Shown here piece by piece: positions 21,136 to 31,044 of a stretch of 64,000 bases of DNA; the first letter of the stretch is position 1, and every line of letters starts with the position of its first letter. The DNA comes from Candidatus Latescibacterota bacterium (GTDB taxonomy: Bacteria; Krumholzibacteriota; Krumholzibacteriia; WVZY01): the NCBI GenBank assembly GCA_963791045.1, contig CAWBQK010000018.1, forward strand, positions 32,001 to 96,000. Reading direction: 5' to 3'. The position numbers and the translations under genes are program-made. A model generated the notes under the pieces. It saw only the letters and a list, made by a program, of their open reading frames with translations, had not been told where the DNA came from and did no database searches.

Positions 21136-21582
21136 ATGAGAGGCCCGTATCGAAAACGTCGCATAGATATGCCGCCGCGGTTTGGACATTTCAAGCCCGC
21201 GGGGGTACCCAAAAGATATCTCGAACGGGTCGATTTGACGGTCGATGAATTCGAAGCGATTCGCCTCGCCGACTACGAGCAGCTCGAACATCTCCAGGCG
21301 TCGGAGAAGATGAACATTTCTCGCTCGACATTCACTCGCCTTATTGAACGCGCGAGGCAAAAACTTGCCTCGGCGATCATCGAGGGAAAAGAACTCGTGA
21401 TCGATGGTGGCAACGTAGACTATGTCAACACTCTGCACCACTGCAGGGACTGCGGGGAAACGTCCCCCGGACCGGCCGATGAGGACACGGGAAATTGTCC
21501 GGATTGCGGGTCACCAAATGTTGAGGATGTCGCGACACGGTTTCATGGTCGAAGGGGCAGGAGAGGGCAGCGGGATGATTAG
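21136..21582 (+). CDS. DUF134 family predicted DNA-binding protein with C-terminal Zn ribbon
   Basis: FKPAGVP, LTVDEFEAIRLADYEQL, MNISRSTFTRLIERARQKLA, EGKELVIDGG. CxxC...CxxC tail. Confidence 0.9.
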   Translation: MRGPYRKRRIDMPPRFGHFKPAGVPKRYLERVDLTVDEFEAIRLADYEQLEHLQASEKMNISRSTFTRLIERARQKLASAIIEGKELVIDGGNVDYVNTLHHCRDCGETSPGPADEDTGNCPDCGSPNVEDVATRFHGRRGRRGQRDD

Positions 21583-21594
21583 GAGGAATCACTG

Positions 21595-22452
21595 ATGAGG
21601 ATTGCCGTGGCAAGTGGAAAAGGGGGAACGGGGAAGACATTCGTTTCCACCAACCTCGCGAATGTGGCGAGCAAGACCGGTACCGTCGGGCTCTACGATC
21701 TTGATGTCGATGAGCCAAATTGTCATCTGTTTTTCGAACCGAAAAACGAATCGGTCGAGACGATCACGATGATGATTCCGACGGTTGACAAGGACAAGTG
21801 CACCGGGTGCGGAGTGTGCAGCGAAGTTTGCGAGTACAACGCGATCGTTTCGCTGCCGGGTGACGTGCTCGTTTTTGCTGAACTTTGTCACAGTTGCCAC
21901 GCGTGCGTGGAAATGTGTCCCGAGCACGCGTTGGAAGAGGGGGCAAAGGAAATTGGAACGGTCAGCGTTTCCCAGACGGGCTCGCTTTGTCTCGTCACCG
22001 GGCGGCTCGCGATAGGTCAGCCGGCAACGACGGCCCTGGTTCGAAAAACAAAGCAACGAGACGTTCCAAATGCCGATATCATATTGTACGACTCACCGCC
22101 GGGAACGACGTGTCCGGTTATTGAAGCGGTCAAGGATGTTGACTATGTCGTTCTCGTGGGAGAGCCCACACGTTTTGGGATCCATGATCTCGATCTGATG
22201 GTCAAGACCATTCGTCAGTTGGGACGGCCGTTTGGTGTCGTCGTAAACAAGGCTGCCGATGGTTATCCGCTCGTCGAAGAATACTGCGCCAAAAACGGAA
22301 TCGAGATCGTCCTTACGATACCGGAAATGGCCGAGATTGCCGGGGTGTACTCGCGGGGCGAACTCGTTACCGAGTCAATGCCGGTCATGGAGAATCTTTT
22401 TTTGCGGGCCCTGGAAAACATCAGCGAAGCTGTTCGGGAGGTGAAGGTATGA
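21595..22452 (+). CDS. MinD-superfamily P-loop ATPase with inserted 2[4Fe-4S] ferredoxin domain
   Basis: ASGKGGTGKT, DLDVDEPN, CTGCGVCSEVC, CHSCHACVEMCP, DSPPGTTCP. Confidence 0.92.
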   Translation: MRIAVASGKGGTGKTFVSTNLANVASKTGTVGLYDLDVDEPNCHLFFEPKNESVETITMMIPTVDKDKCTGCGVCSEVCEYNAIVSLPGDVLVFAELCHSCHACVEMCPEHALEEGAKEIGTVSVSQTGSLCLVTGRLAIGQPATTALVRKTKQRDVPNADIILYDSPPGTTCPVIEAVKDVDYVVLVGEPTRFGIHDLDLMVKTIRQLGRPFGVVVNKAADGYPLVEEYCAKNGIEIVLTIPEMAEIAGVYSRGELVTESMPVMENLFLRALENISEAVREVKV

Positions 22453-23330
22453 ACGAGATCGTCGTAATGAGTGGAAAGGGAGGGACGGGAAAAACATCGA
22501 TTGCGGCGGCGTTGGGAGTGCTGGCCGGACGCGATGCCGTTGTCGCGGACTGCGATGTCGACGCGGCCAACATGCATCTCCTATACGCTCCCGATACGCT
22601 TCGGGTGAATGAATTCTGGAGCGGCAAGACGGCGGCGATCGACACCGACAGGTGCATGAACTGCGGGTTCTGCGAGGTGAAATGCCGCTTTGATGCAATC
22701 CACGAACGCAATGGGGCGTTCGTTGTCGATGAGGTCGATTGCGAAGGTTGCTCGCTTTGTTACTACATGTGCCCGGAGAACGCCATATCGATGACAGATA
22801 ACCATGCCGGTGACTGGTTTGTATCAAAGAGCCGATTCGGGCACTGGTTCGTCCACGCGCACCTCGGGATCGCTCAGGAAAACTCAGGAAAACTCGTCAG
22901 TCAGGTGAAAAGTGAAGCCTCACAACTCGCCGCCCGCGAGCGGATTCCGTTTGTCATCATCGATGGCCCTCCGGGAATAGGTTGCCCGGCTATCGCTTCG
23001 GTTTCGGGCGCCGCCCATGTTCTTGTGGTGACCGAGGCCACTCAATCCGGTCTGCACGACCTCGAACGGCTGATCGATCTCATCGAGTACTTCAAAACAA
23101 GCGCGTCGTGCGTGGTAAACAAATTCGATGTCAATCCGGAGGTAGGGGAGAAGATCGCCGACCTTTGCCGGAAGCGTGGGGTCGATGTAATTGCGACGAT
23201 TCCCTACGACCCGATATTCAACGACGCGCTACGCGACGGAAAAACTCTGGTCGAAACCAAAGACCTGGCAATTACACAAAAGATCGAGGATATCTGGAAT
23301 CATTTGAAAAAGACGGGAGGTTCGGTATGA
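22449..23330 (+). CDS. MinD-superfamily P-loop ATPase with inserted ferredoxin domain (second paralog)
   Basis: SGKGGTGKT, DCDVDAAN, CMNCGFCEVKC, CEGCSLCYYMCP, ENSGKLV, DGPPGIGCP. ATGA overlap with the previous gene. Confidence 0.92.
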   Translation: MNEIVVMSGKGGTGKTSIAAALGVLAGRDAVVADCDVDAANMHLLYAPDTLRVNEFWSGKTAAIDTDRCMNCGFCEVKCRFDAIHERNGAFVVDEVDCEGCSLCYYMCPENAISMTDNHAGDWFVSKSRFGHWFVHAHLGIAQENSGKLVSQVKSEASQLAARERIPFVIIDGPPGIGCPAIASVSGAAHVLVVTEATQSGLHDLERLIDLIEYFKTSASCVVNKFDVNPEVGEKIADLCRKRGVDVIATIPYDPIFNDALRDGKTLVETKDLAITQKIEDIWNHLKKTGGSV

Positions 23331-23668
23331 AGATAGCGATCACGGCAACCGGCAATGGCTGGACTGAGACCATGGATGAGAGGTTCGGAAGAGCGAAGGG
23401 TTTTTTTGTGTGTGACACGGAAAACGATGAAACCTCGTACATCGACAATCTCAAGAATGTTAATGCCGGTCATGGCGCCGGGACGAGCACCGCACAGGCG
23501 GTTGTCGATTCGGGAGTGAAAGTCGTCATTTCGGGAAGGGTTGGACCCAAGGCGGGGTCGGTGTTGAAGGCGGGTGGTGTGAAGGTTTTTGTCTGTGGAG
23601 ATTCCCCGACAATAAAGGACGCTTTCGAGCGTTTTCGGGACGGGAAACTCCAGGAAGCAAGTGAGTAG
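23327..23668 (+). CDS. NifB/NifX family (FeMo-cofactor-binding-like) protein
   Basis: MKIAITA...RFGRAKGFFV...HGAG...VVISGRVGPKA. GGAGG RBS and ATGA overlap. Confidence 0.88.
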   Translation: MKIAITATGNGWTETMDERFGRAKGFFVCDTENDETSYIDNLKNVNAGHGAGTSTAQAVVDSGVKVVISGRVGPKAGSVLKAGGVKVFVCGDSPTIKDAFERFRDGKLQEASE

Positions 23669-23691
23669 TCCAGAAATGGAAGGAGGCAGTC

Positions 23692-24021
23692 ATGCCAGGC
23701 GGAGATAGAACAGGACCGCAATCGCAAGGTCCGAAGACAGGCAGAGGACTTGGATATTGCACCGGAAGCGATCAACCGGGATACGCCAATCCGGGGATCG
23801 GTGGTCGTGGATTCGGCCGTGGGTTGGGCGGCGGATTTGGCAGGGGCCGAGGACGCTGGTTTGGGCGTGGATTGAGACAAGGGTTCGAACCATTGCCGAT
23901 GTCTGCGACCGAAGCCGCACGTACCGATGAATCTAAGTTAGCGAACATGCAGGCGGAGATTGCAGATCTCAAGACAAAGATCGAGAAGCTGCTCAATCGG
24001 ATTGAGTCCGAAGGGAATTGA
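23692..24021 (+). CDS. DUF5320 family protein (Gly/Arg-rich, C-terminal coiled coil)
   Basis: MPGGDRTGPQSQGPKTGRGLGYC, GRG repeats, C-terminal heptads. Confidence 0.85.
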   Translation: MPGGDRTGPQSQGPKTGRGLGYCTGSDQPGYANPGIGGRGFGRGLGGGFGRGRGRWFGRGLRQGFEPLPMSATEAARTDESKLANMQAEIADLKTKIEKLLNRIESEGN

Positions 24022-24092
24022 TCGAAGCGGGGGCGACGTGATTCGATGACGCGCCGATCGCCGAAATTCCAAATCTGAACGGAGGAGAGGAC

Positions 24093-24464
24093 ATGCGGAT
24101 CGCCGTTGCATCGGACGATGGCAAAACCGTGGCGCTGCATTTCGGTAAAACGCGCGGGTTTCTTGTATTTGAGGTTGATGGAGGCGAAATCCGGAGCCGC
24201 GAATACATCTTGAACACGTTTACCGGTCACGCGAGGGGAATGCGTGGGGTGGATCAATCCGCCGATCGTCACGGCCCAATCCTGTCCGCGTTGTCAGGCT
24301 GTGAAGCGGTTATCTCGCTCGGAATGGGTAAGAGTCTCTACGAAGATCTCAGGAGCGCGGGAATAATCGCCTATGTGGTAAACGAGACCGATGCGGATGC
24401 AGCGTTAAGTTTGTATTTGCGAAACGCGCTTACCGATCATCCGGAAAAAGGATGCGATCACTGA
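24093..24464 (+). CDS. NifB/NifX family protein
   Basis: MRIAVASDDGKTVALHFGKTRGFLVFEV, LSGCEAVISLGMG. Confidence 0.85.
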   Translation: MRIAVASDDGKTVALHFGKTRGFLVFEVDGGEIRSREYILNTFTGHARGMRGVDQSADRHGPILSALSGCEAVISLGMGKSLYEDLRSAGIIAYVVNETDADAALSLYLRNALTDHPEKGCDH

Positions 24465-24490
24465 ACGACACGTAAAGTTGGAGGTTTGAA

Positions 24491-24694
24491 ATGAGCGATG
24501 AAACATGTGGTGGTTTCGAAGAGGGAGGGCACTGTGTGTGCCCAAGGTGCTCACACCAGATCGATCATGGTCGTGGAATCCCGTGTCAGGAAGAGAACTG
24601 TCCGGTGTGCGGCACAAAAATGCTGGGTGAGGGGGTAGGTCCCCAGGACCATTTGCTCGACGTATTGAAAGAAAAACCCAAAAAGGATAACTGA
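24491..24694 (+). CDS. Small Cys-rich (probable Zn/Fe-binding) protein
   Basis: GGAGG RBS. GGHCVCPRC...H..GIPC....CPVCG motif, seen in DUF134/NifX clusters. Confidence 0.7.
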   Translation: MSDETCGGFEEGGHCVCPRCSHQIDHGRGIPCQEENCPVCGTKMLGEGVGPQDHLLDVLKEKPKKDN

Positions 24695-24723
24695 TCCGGG
24701 GATCGGTAGAGACAGGAGGCAAG

Positions 24724-26577
24724 TTATCCAATGTCGGAAAGCCGCTCATCGAATTCATGGGCGGCTTTCTCATAGGCTTTCGTCGCTTTTTCGAGATTCT
24801 CGAAAGCCGCGTCGATATCCTTCGTGAGTTCCTCGTGTCGCCGTGAGTGAGTGCCGATCGCCTCGCCGTCGCCTGCGACGGAGGCCGATTCGAGTTTCGC
24901 GAGGACGTCCGCTGCTTCCGCTTCGAGTGTCTCGATGCGTTGTTCCAGTTCTTTGACTGTTTTCTCGATCGGGCCGACGGCCCGAGATCGCTCCTGGACG
25001 ATCTGGGCACGCGCCTGACGGAGGGACTTCTTGCCAATCGTGGGCGCGGACCGTTTGTCGTCGGCCGACGAGTCCTTCTGACGCAGCGTTTCATCGAGTT
25101 CCCACCCGATCTTGTCCAGAAAATCCTGGTAGCTTCCCGCGAAATTAATTATCCGTCCGCGGTCGAACACGATAAACCGATCGGCGAGCGACCGGAGAAA
25201 CATCTCGTTATGCGTAACGATAGCGACGGCGCCTTCGAACGCATCGATGGCGGCGAGAAGGGAATCACACGAATCGATGTCGAGATGATTCGTGGGCTCG
25301 TCGAGAAGCAACAGGTTGCACGGCGATGCGAGCAATTTGCCGAGCATCACTCTGCTTTTCTCACCGCCGGAGAGGACCGATATCAGTTTAAGCGCATGAT
25401 CATCTTCGAACATCATTGCCCCGGCGATATCACGAGCCGCTTGTCCGACGCAGCCGGCGTTGGCGAGTGTGATTTCGTCGACAACGGAATTGGATGGATG
25501 CAGCGTATGGACATTTGTTTGCGCGAAGAATCCCGTTCGCAAACGCGGGTGACGTGATATCGTACCGCGTTTCGGCGTCAGATCTCCGGCAAGGAGCCGC
25601 AGCAGTGTTGACTTGCCTTTCCCGTTCTGCCCCATAATACAGATGCGGTCGCCATGACCGATTTCCAGTTCGAAGCCTTGTATGATGGGCTTGTCCTCAT
25701 CGTACGAGAACGCGAGCTTCTCGGTTTTCATGAGCACCTTGGCGGGAAAAGGCGCGCTGTTGAAAGAAAACGCGAGCGTCTTGATCTTGTCGAGTTTGTC
25801 CATCGGTTTGTGCTTGGCCAGCATTTTGACTCGCGACTGCACGAGAGATGCCACTTTCTTCTGTGCCCGGAACTGAACGATGAAACGCTCGACTTCTTTG
25901 CGTTTCTTCTCGTCGTTTGTTCTGGTTTTTTCGTAGACCTCTTCTTCCCTGAGGATCTGGTCGTAGAGTTTTCGAGTGCCCCCTTCCATTTTGCGCGCTC
26001 TTTGCCGGTGGATCGCAACGGTGTGTGTCACCACGCTGTCCATAAACGAGCGATCGTGTGTGATAAGGAGAAGCTCCGAACGCCAATCACGAAGAAAGCG
26101 AGCCAACCACCGAATCGAAACAATATCGAGATAGTTCGTTGGCTCGTCAAGGAGAAGAAGGTCCGGCTCGGAAATCAACGCCTTGGCGAGATTGAGTCGC
26201 ACCTGGAACCCACCCGAGAACACTTCCGGAGGCCTCTCCATGTCCTCTGCAGTGAAACCGAGGCCGAAGAGGATTTTCTCCGCTTTCCACGCGTGGTCCT
26301 TGTACTCCCTTGGGAGGGCCTGGCGGGCTTCACCGATGACGGTGTCTTGCATAAAATGAATGGACTGGTCGAGGTGGCCGATCCGGTATTTCTTGGGAAT
26401 GATAATCGTTCCCGCGTCGGGTTCCAACTCGCTGAGAATCATGCGAAAGAGGGTGCTCTTACCGTGGCCGTTGCGTCCGACAAGGCCGACGCGTTCGCGT
26501 TTGCCCACGTCGAACGTCAACTCTTTGAAGAGAAGTTGATCGCCGAAGGATTTTGAAAGACCGGAAATCTTTATCAT
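24724..26577 (-). CDS. ABC-F family ATP-binding protein
   Basis: Two ABC domains (GRNGHGKST/FSGG/LLLLDEPTNYLD and GQNGKGKST/LSGGEK/LLLLDEPTNHLD), no transmembrane segment, coiled-coil tail. Confidence 0.93.
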   Translation of the reverse strand: MIKISGLSKSFGDQLLFKELTFDVGKRERVGLVGRNGHGKSTLFRMILSELEPDAGTIIIPKKYRIGHLDQSIHFMQDTVIGEARQALPREYKDHAWKAEKILFGLGFTAEDMERPPEVFSGGFQVRLNLAKALISEPDLLLLDEPTNYLDIVSIRWLARFLRDWRSELLLITHDRSFMDSVVTHTVAIHRQRARKMEGGTRKLYDQILREEEVYEKTRTNDEKKRKEVERFIVQFRAQKKVASLVQSRVKMLAKHKPMDKLDKIKTLAFSFNSAPFPAKVLMKTEKLAFSYDEDKPIIQGFELEIGHGDRICIMGQNGKGKSTLLRLLAGDLTPKRGTISRHPRLRTGFFAQTNVHTLHPSNSVVDEITLANAGCVGQAARDIAGAMMFEDDHALKLISVLSGGEKSRVMLGKLLASPCNLLLLDEPTNHLDIDSCDSLLAAIDAFEGAVAIVTHNEMFLRSLADRFIVFDRGRIINFAGSYQDFLDKIGWELDETLRQKDSSADDKRSAPTIGKKSLRQARAQIVQERSRAVGPIEKTVKELEQRIETLEAEAADVLAKLESASVAGDGEAIGTHSRRHEELTKDIDAAFENLEKATKAYEKAAHEFDERLSDIG

Positions 26578-26764
26578 GTCGAATCTTGTCGCGGGGTTCG
26601 CTTTTTATTAACGTTCATTTCGCATTAAAAGTTCGGGTGTCCGAATTTAGTAATTATAACACGAGGCATGGTCCGGCGCCAAATTCGTATACATCGCGAT
26701 CAAAGTCTGTATAATTAATCGCCTCGATGTGATGTCACGTTGATTTGCATGAACAGGAGGGCTC

Positions 26765-28120
26765 ATGGTTAACAGACTTCTGATATTCCTCGTGTTGGGG
26801 GCCGTCGCGCTCGCCGCATGGGGTGGTGTCGCCGGGGCGGCCGACACTCCAGAAAAGGGCGCCGGGGCGATGGCCGCCGATGAAGCCTACAACAAGGCGA
26901 TGACGGCGAGGCGTGCCGTCGAACCTATCGAAGAGAGACTTGCCATTACCAAGAAGTTTCTCGATGATTATCCCGAGAGTAGCCATACGGCGAACGCGAT
27001 AAGTGCGGTCGTCTATTACCAGGGAAACGCGCTGGATGATATGGACGGCGCTATCGCATATGCCGAAGCCATCCGTGCGAAGATTACGGATCCCGACGTT
27101 GCCGACGCATTGGATAAAGAGCTGATGGTCGTTTATGGCGAGGCGGGCAAGATGGACAAGATGCTCGCGATTGCCAACACGATGGAGGCCGGCGATAAGC
27201 TCAAATTCAATGACTACTGGAGCATTATCGAAAGCGGTATGCAGGCCGAGGAATGGAAGCTGGTCAGAGACTACTGCGTTAAGGCAAAGGGCATGGCCAA
27301 CGCCGAGACGTTCAAATCCGACTGGCCCGACAACGACGTGAGCGGCGAAGAGCTCAAGGTAGCGGGAGACAACCGCACCGGCATGCTGATGATCGCCGAC
27401 GGTTGGGCGCGCGCGAACCAGGGGGAGACCGACGAGGCTCTCGCCGATTTCGCCGCGGCCGACAAACTTGTGCGGCGTTCGATGTTCGATCGCCCCGAGT
27501 ACAATCTCAACACGTACTGGGCCAAGACATCGCTGATGAAGGGCGACTACCAGGCGGCGATCGACCGTTGTGCGATCGATGCCCTCGTTATGAAAAACAA
27601 GGACGCCCTTGCCGGTTTGAAGACGGCATACGCCGGACTCAACGGTAGTGAAGACGGGTTCGATGCGTACACCAAAGATCTGCACAAGAAGATTGCCCCA
27701 CCGGTGGAAGACTTCGAGCTGGCAGATTACGACGGAAAATCGCACAAGTACGGAGATCTAAAAGGGCAGGTGACACTACTCGCTTTCTGGTTCCCCACCT
27801 GAGGCGGCTGCCGCGTGGAGTTACCACGCCTCGAGCCCCTCTGGCAGAAATACGGAGACAAAGGTTTCTCGGTCATCGCCGTTGAGATCGCACGCGATCG
27901 CGAACGGGCGACCAAGTTCATCGATGAGAACAAACTTACGTACCACCTTCTCGAAGACAACGAGAACGAAGCCGTCGTGCGCGAGCAGTTTGGTGTTGGA
28001 GTATTCCCGACGTCGTTCATGATCGACAAAGAAGGTAAGATCATGTACTGCCACATCGGTTTTGACAAAGGCGACGAGGAAAAACTCGAGAAGGAAATCC
28101 TGGAACTCGGCGGATTTTAG
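26765..28120 (+). CDS. Predicted selenoprotein: exported helical-repeat domain fused to a TlpA/AhpC-TSA thioredoxin-like domain, Sec at codon 346 (UxxC)
   Basis: ORFs 26765..27802 and 27815..28120 share a frame. Read-through gives DLKGQVTLLAFWFPT-U-GGCRVELPRL...GVFPTSFMIDKEGKI, with TGA at the first Cys position of the TlpA CxxC. Downstream SECIS-like hairpin. AGGAGG RBS and signal peptide. Confidence 0.85.
27803..27837 (+). promoter_or_regulatory. Candidate bacterial SECIS element
   Basis: GCGTGG (27813-18) pairs with CCACGC (27824-29) around loop AGTTA, with G at loop position 2 and the loop 16 nt after UGA. Lower stem GGCT/AGCC. Confidence 0.7.
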
Positions 28121-28152
28121 GCTTTCCTGGTTGCAGAGAGATTTGAAAATGA

Positions 28153-28192
28153 CGAAGCGGCCGGCGCGAAATCGCCGGTCGTTTCGCGTTTT
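28153..28192 (+). terminator. Intrinsic terminator after the selenoprotein gene
   Basis: CGAAGCGGCCGGCG / CGCCGGTCGTTTCG stem followed by CGTTTT. Confidence 0.65.
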
Positions 28193-28333
28193 GAGCGAGT
28201 TTTCGACGGCCCCAAACAATACTTGAATTAATCGGGGTTAAGCGATAAAGTGGCTCGGATATCCACGGCATTACGGCACACACCGGCCCGCCCGGGTCGG
28301 GGGAGGTTTTTTTCAGAAAGGGAGGTATGCCTG

Positions 28334-29584
28334 GTGGAGAAACGTACTGCATCTTTTATCACTACACTTCGTTGTCAGAACCGAACCGGAAACATCATTG
28401 TGATGATCGCGTTTGTTTGCGCGATTGCCGCGGCGTTTGTGACGGTTCCCGGCGAAGCAAGGGCGGACGAGGCGCTGAAGTTCAAGGTCTATGGGTTTTT
28501 GCGGTTTGACATTATGTCGAGCGATTCGCGAATGAATAACAACCTGGTGCCCATGTGGGTGTTGAACGAGTACACGCCCGATGCGATTAAGGACGATGCG
28601 AGCCTTGCCTATCATCCGCGTCTGACGCGGGTCGGTATGAAGTTCCAGGGTCATCCGCTTAGCGACAAATGGTCGCTCGACGGTGGGGTGGAGATTGACT
28701 TCCAGGTTTTTGACGCGGGCAGTGAGTCGCGGCAGGTGCCGCGAATGCGGCTTGGATTCATGCGGCTCAATTACAATGATCTTCATATTCTCGCCGGCCA
28801 GCATTGGGACGTCATATCGACGCTGTATCCAAACGTCAACCTCAACGGTGTCAACTGGAACGCCGGTAACACCGGTGACCGCCGGCCGCAACTTCGAGTG
28901 ACATTCTCGCCCGAGGTTGGGAACGGAAACATCAGGCTTACAGGAGCGTTGACGGAAGCGGGCGCCGTAAACATGTCGGATGTCGACAAGAACGGCGTGC
29001 CCGATGGGATCGACAGTTCGGTTCCCATGCTTCAGGGTTGGTTTGGAACCGAACAGAATATGGGAGAAAATGGGAGTATCAAAGCGGGTGTGTGGGGTCA
29101 CTACTGGGAAGAGAAAGACCTGCGCATTCCTCCCACTGTTCCTGAAATCGGAGACACGACGCTTGCAGATCTTACGTCGTGGAGTGTTGGAATCGATTTG
29201 AGAGTCCAGGCTGTTGAGTGGCTGATGTTCCAAGGCGAAGCCTGGACCGGCGAAACTCTCGGCGATATCCGAGGTGGCATCGGACAGACGATCAACGCTG
29301 ATGGCGAGGCGATTGGCGCCACCGGTGGATGGGTCGAGGCCGACATATCTCTGGGCGAGAAATTCGTACTCATCGGCGGATACACAATGGACGATGTCAA
29401 AGATGACGATATATCGGACGGGATGCGGGCGAAGAACCAGGCTCCTTACGGTGCTCTCCGCTGGAAGCCTTTCAAGAAACTGATGTTGTCGTGTGAGTAT
29501 ATCCGCTTCGAGACGACATACAAGAGTTACGAAGAGACATCGGTCAACAACCATATTGACCTCAATATGATGTACTTCTTTTAG
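28334..29584 (+). CDS. DcaP-like outer-membrane porin
   Basis: GGAGG 8 nt before GTG 28334. Signal peptide. FKVYGFLRFD, TRVG, VEIDF, PRMRLGF, LAGQHWD, RRPQLR pattern. Terminal YFF. Confidence 0.75.
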   Translation: MEKRTASFITTLRCQNRTGNIIVMIAFVCAIAAAFVTVPGEARADEALKFKVYGFLRFDIMSSDSRMNNNLVPMWVLNEYTPDAIKDDASLAYHPRLTRVGMKFQGHPLSDKWSLDGGVEIDFQVFDAGSESRQVPRMRLGFMRLNYNDLHILAGQHWDVISTLYPNVNLNGVNWNAGNTGDRRPQLRVTFSPEVGNGNIRLTGALTEAGAVNMSDVDKNGVPDGIDSSVPMLQGWFGTEQNMGENGSIKAGVWGHYWEEKDLRIPPTVPEIGDTTLADLTSWSVGIDLRVQAVEWLMFQGEAWTGETLGDIRGGIGQTINADGEAIGATGGWVEADISLGEKFVLIGGYTMDDVKDDDISDGMRAKNQAPYGALRWKPFKKLMLSCEYIRFETTYKSYEETSVNNHIDLNMMYFF

Positions 29585-29619
29585 TCTATCGCGTAACTTG
29601 TTGTCATAATGCAAGAAAT

Positions 29620-29648
29620 GACGGCCGCCCCCGCAAGGGGCGGCCGTC
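29620..29648. terminator. Hairpin between convergent genes (probable bidirectional terminator)
   Basis: GACGGCCGCCCC-CGCAA-GGGGCGGCCGTC perfect 12-bp stem. Confidence 0.7.
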
Positions 29649-29713
29649 GTCATTTATGCTCCGGGCGCTATCAGAACGGTCGGCGCCGATGTACGGAAGG
29701 GGTGGTCGGCGGC

Positions 29714-30745
29714 CTATTTTTCGCGGACGACGATCGATCCGTCGTTACCCATAATGCGGACCAGCGGTCCGCCGTTGTTGATCGAACCGCGGAGGGCGTG
29801 ATCTGACACGCGGCCGTCAATATTCAGTTTTGCGCGAATTCTGACATCGCCGCCGCCGAGGTCGAGATCGAACCCGGTACCCTTCGGCAGAGTGAGCGAC
29901 ACGTCACCGTCGTCGACATCGATGTCGGCCTCCATGGCTTCGAGGAGCGACACGTCGACGTCTCCGTCCGAGCAATTGATTTCAACCCGTTCACCGGACA
30001 CTGCGACCTCGAGATCTCCGTCTGCCGTTCTTATTTTCGTGATGGCGGACTCGACACGAGAGGCGAGAATGTCTCCATCCTCTGTAAGGATGTCGGCGCG
30101 TTTCGCTTTGAGATTATCGATCTCGATGTCGCCGTCCTCGGTTTCAACCAGGACTTCTTTGCCCCGAAGGGATTCCGCTTCGACATCGCCGTCCTCGGTG
30201 CGTATCTCGATCGAGGCGCCTTCGATCTCAACAATCTCGATATCGCCGTCTTCTGTGATCACCGAGGCGTTGCCTGACACTTTGTCGATTCGGATGTCAC
30301 CGTCTTCTGTGTCTATGTCAATATTGGTGTCACCGGGGATGGTAACGACGACCCACACGCGGGGGTGGCGAGTTCCAAACCAGGTCTTCCAACCTTCATG
30401 CTTGGCGTCGCGGCTGCTGATCTCCAGTGTGCCGCCATCAAGCCGGGCCTCGAATCGCATTCGATCGAAATAATCGCGGGTGTCATCGCGATCGTCTCCG
30501 GAAACGTAGACCACGACGCTCGCGTTTCCGCCATTTTTTGTTTCCAGGATGACGTCCATGTCCGCTACGTCGACGAGGAGATTCCCGCCTTTGCCAAGCG
30601 CGAACTCTTCTTCAAATACGATGTCTTTGGCGTGTTTGCTCGATTGTGATTTCTTGGCGGATTCTCCTGAAACGGATGTGGCGGCGAAGATGGCGATCAT
30701 CGCGATACACACCGACAACCGGCATCCCGGCAGGGAGCGTCTCAT
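29714..30745 (-). CDS. DUF4097 family beta-strand repeat protein
   Basis: AGGAGG RBS before ATG 30745. Signal peptide. Many ~20-aa TEDGDI repeats. C-terminal GSINNGGPLVRIMGNDGSI. Confidence 0.85.
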   Translation of the reverse strand: MRRSLPGCRLSVCIAMIAIFAATSVSGESAKKSQSSKHAKDIVFEEEFALGKGGNLLVDVADMDVILETKNGGNASVVVYVSGDDRDDTRDYFDRMRFEARLDGGTLEISSRDAKHEGWKTWFGTRHPRVWVVVTIPGDTNIDIDTEDGDIRIDKVSGNASVITEDGDIEIVEIEGASIEIRTEDGDVEAESLRGKEVLVETEDGDIEIDNLKAKRADILTEDGDILASRVESAITKIRTADGDLEVAVSGERVEINCSDGDVDVSLLEAMEADIDVDDGDVSLTLPKGTGFDLDLGGGDVRIRAKLNIDGRVSDHALRGSINNGGPLVRIMGNDGSIVVREK

Positions 30746-31044
30746 AGTTACCTCCTGGGCAGACTCGAATCGTGACAAGGGTTTGGAGCGAGGGCGGTCA
30801 GCGTACACCAGTATCCAGGCTCCCCCGGGACGGGTTCTTATTGTTTTAGACGGGAGAATCGCCGAAAAAGTTGCAAAAAAGACGAATACGTCGTGAGAAA
30901 TCAGCTTGACCGGCGTGGACGGCGTGATTAGGTTGAAATCGGTATTAGCAGGTCGAAAACAGCATAAATGGAAAGAGTCAACAGGGACTTGGCGATAACC
31001 AGGCCCCTTTTTGTTGGATAACGGGATAGAACGGAAACGCCAGT

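Noticed and set aside
21136-24694. NifB/NifX-like genes as evidence of nitrogen fixation
   Set aside because: No nifHDK/nifEN in the window, and these small domains are widespread in non-diazotrophs.
28225-28315. Possible riboswitch upstream of the DcaP-like porin (GC hairpin CCGGCCC-GCCC-GGGTCGG and a T-tract)
   Set aside because: Could not match conserved cores of riboswitch classes I know (ZTP, c-di-AMP, guanidine, Moco). Needs an Infernal scan.
30000-30320. Recurrent nucleotide similarity in the DUF4097 gene as a CRISPR/tandem DNA repeat
   Set aside because: Degenerate at wobble positions and explained by the encoded TEDGDI protein repeat.
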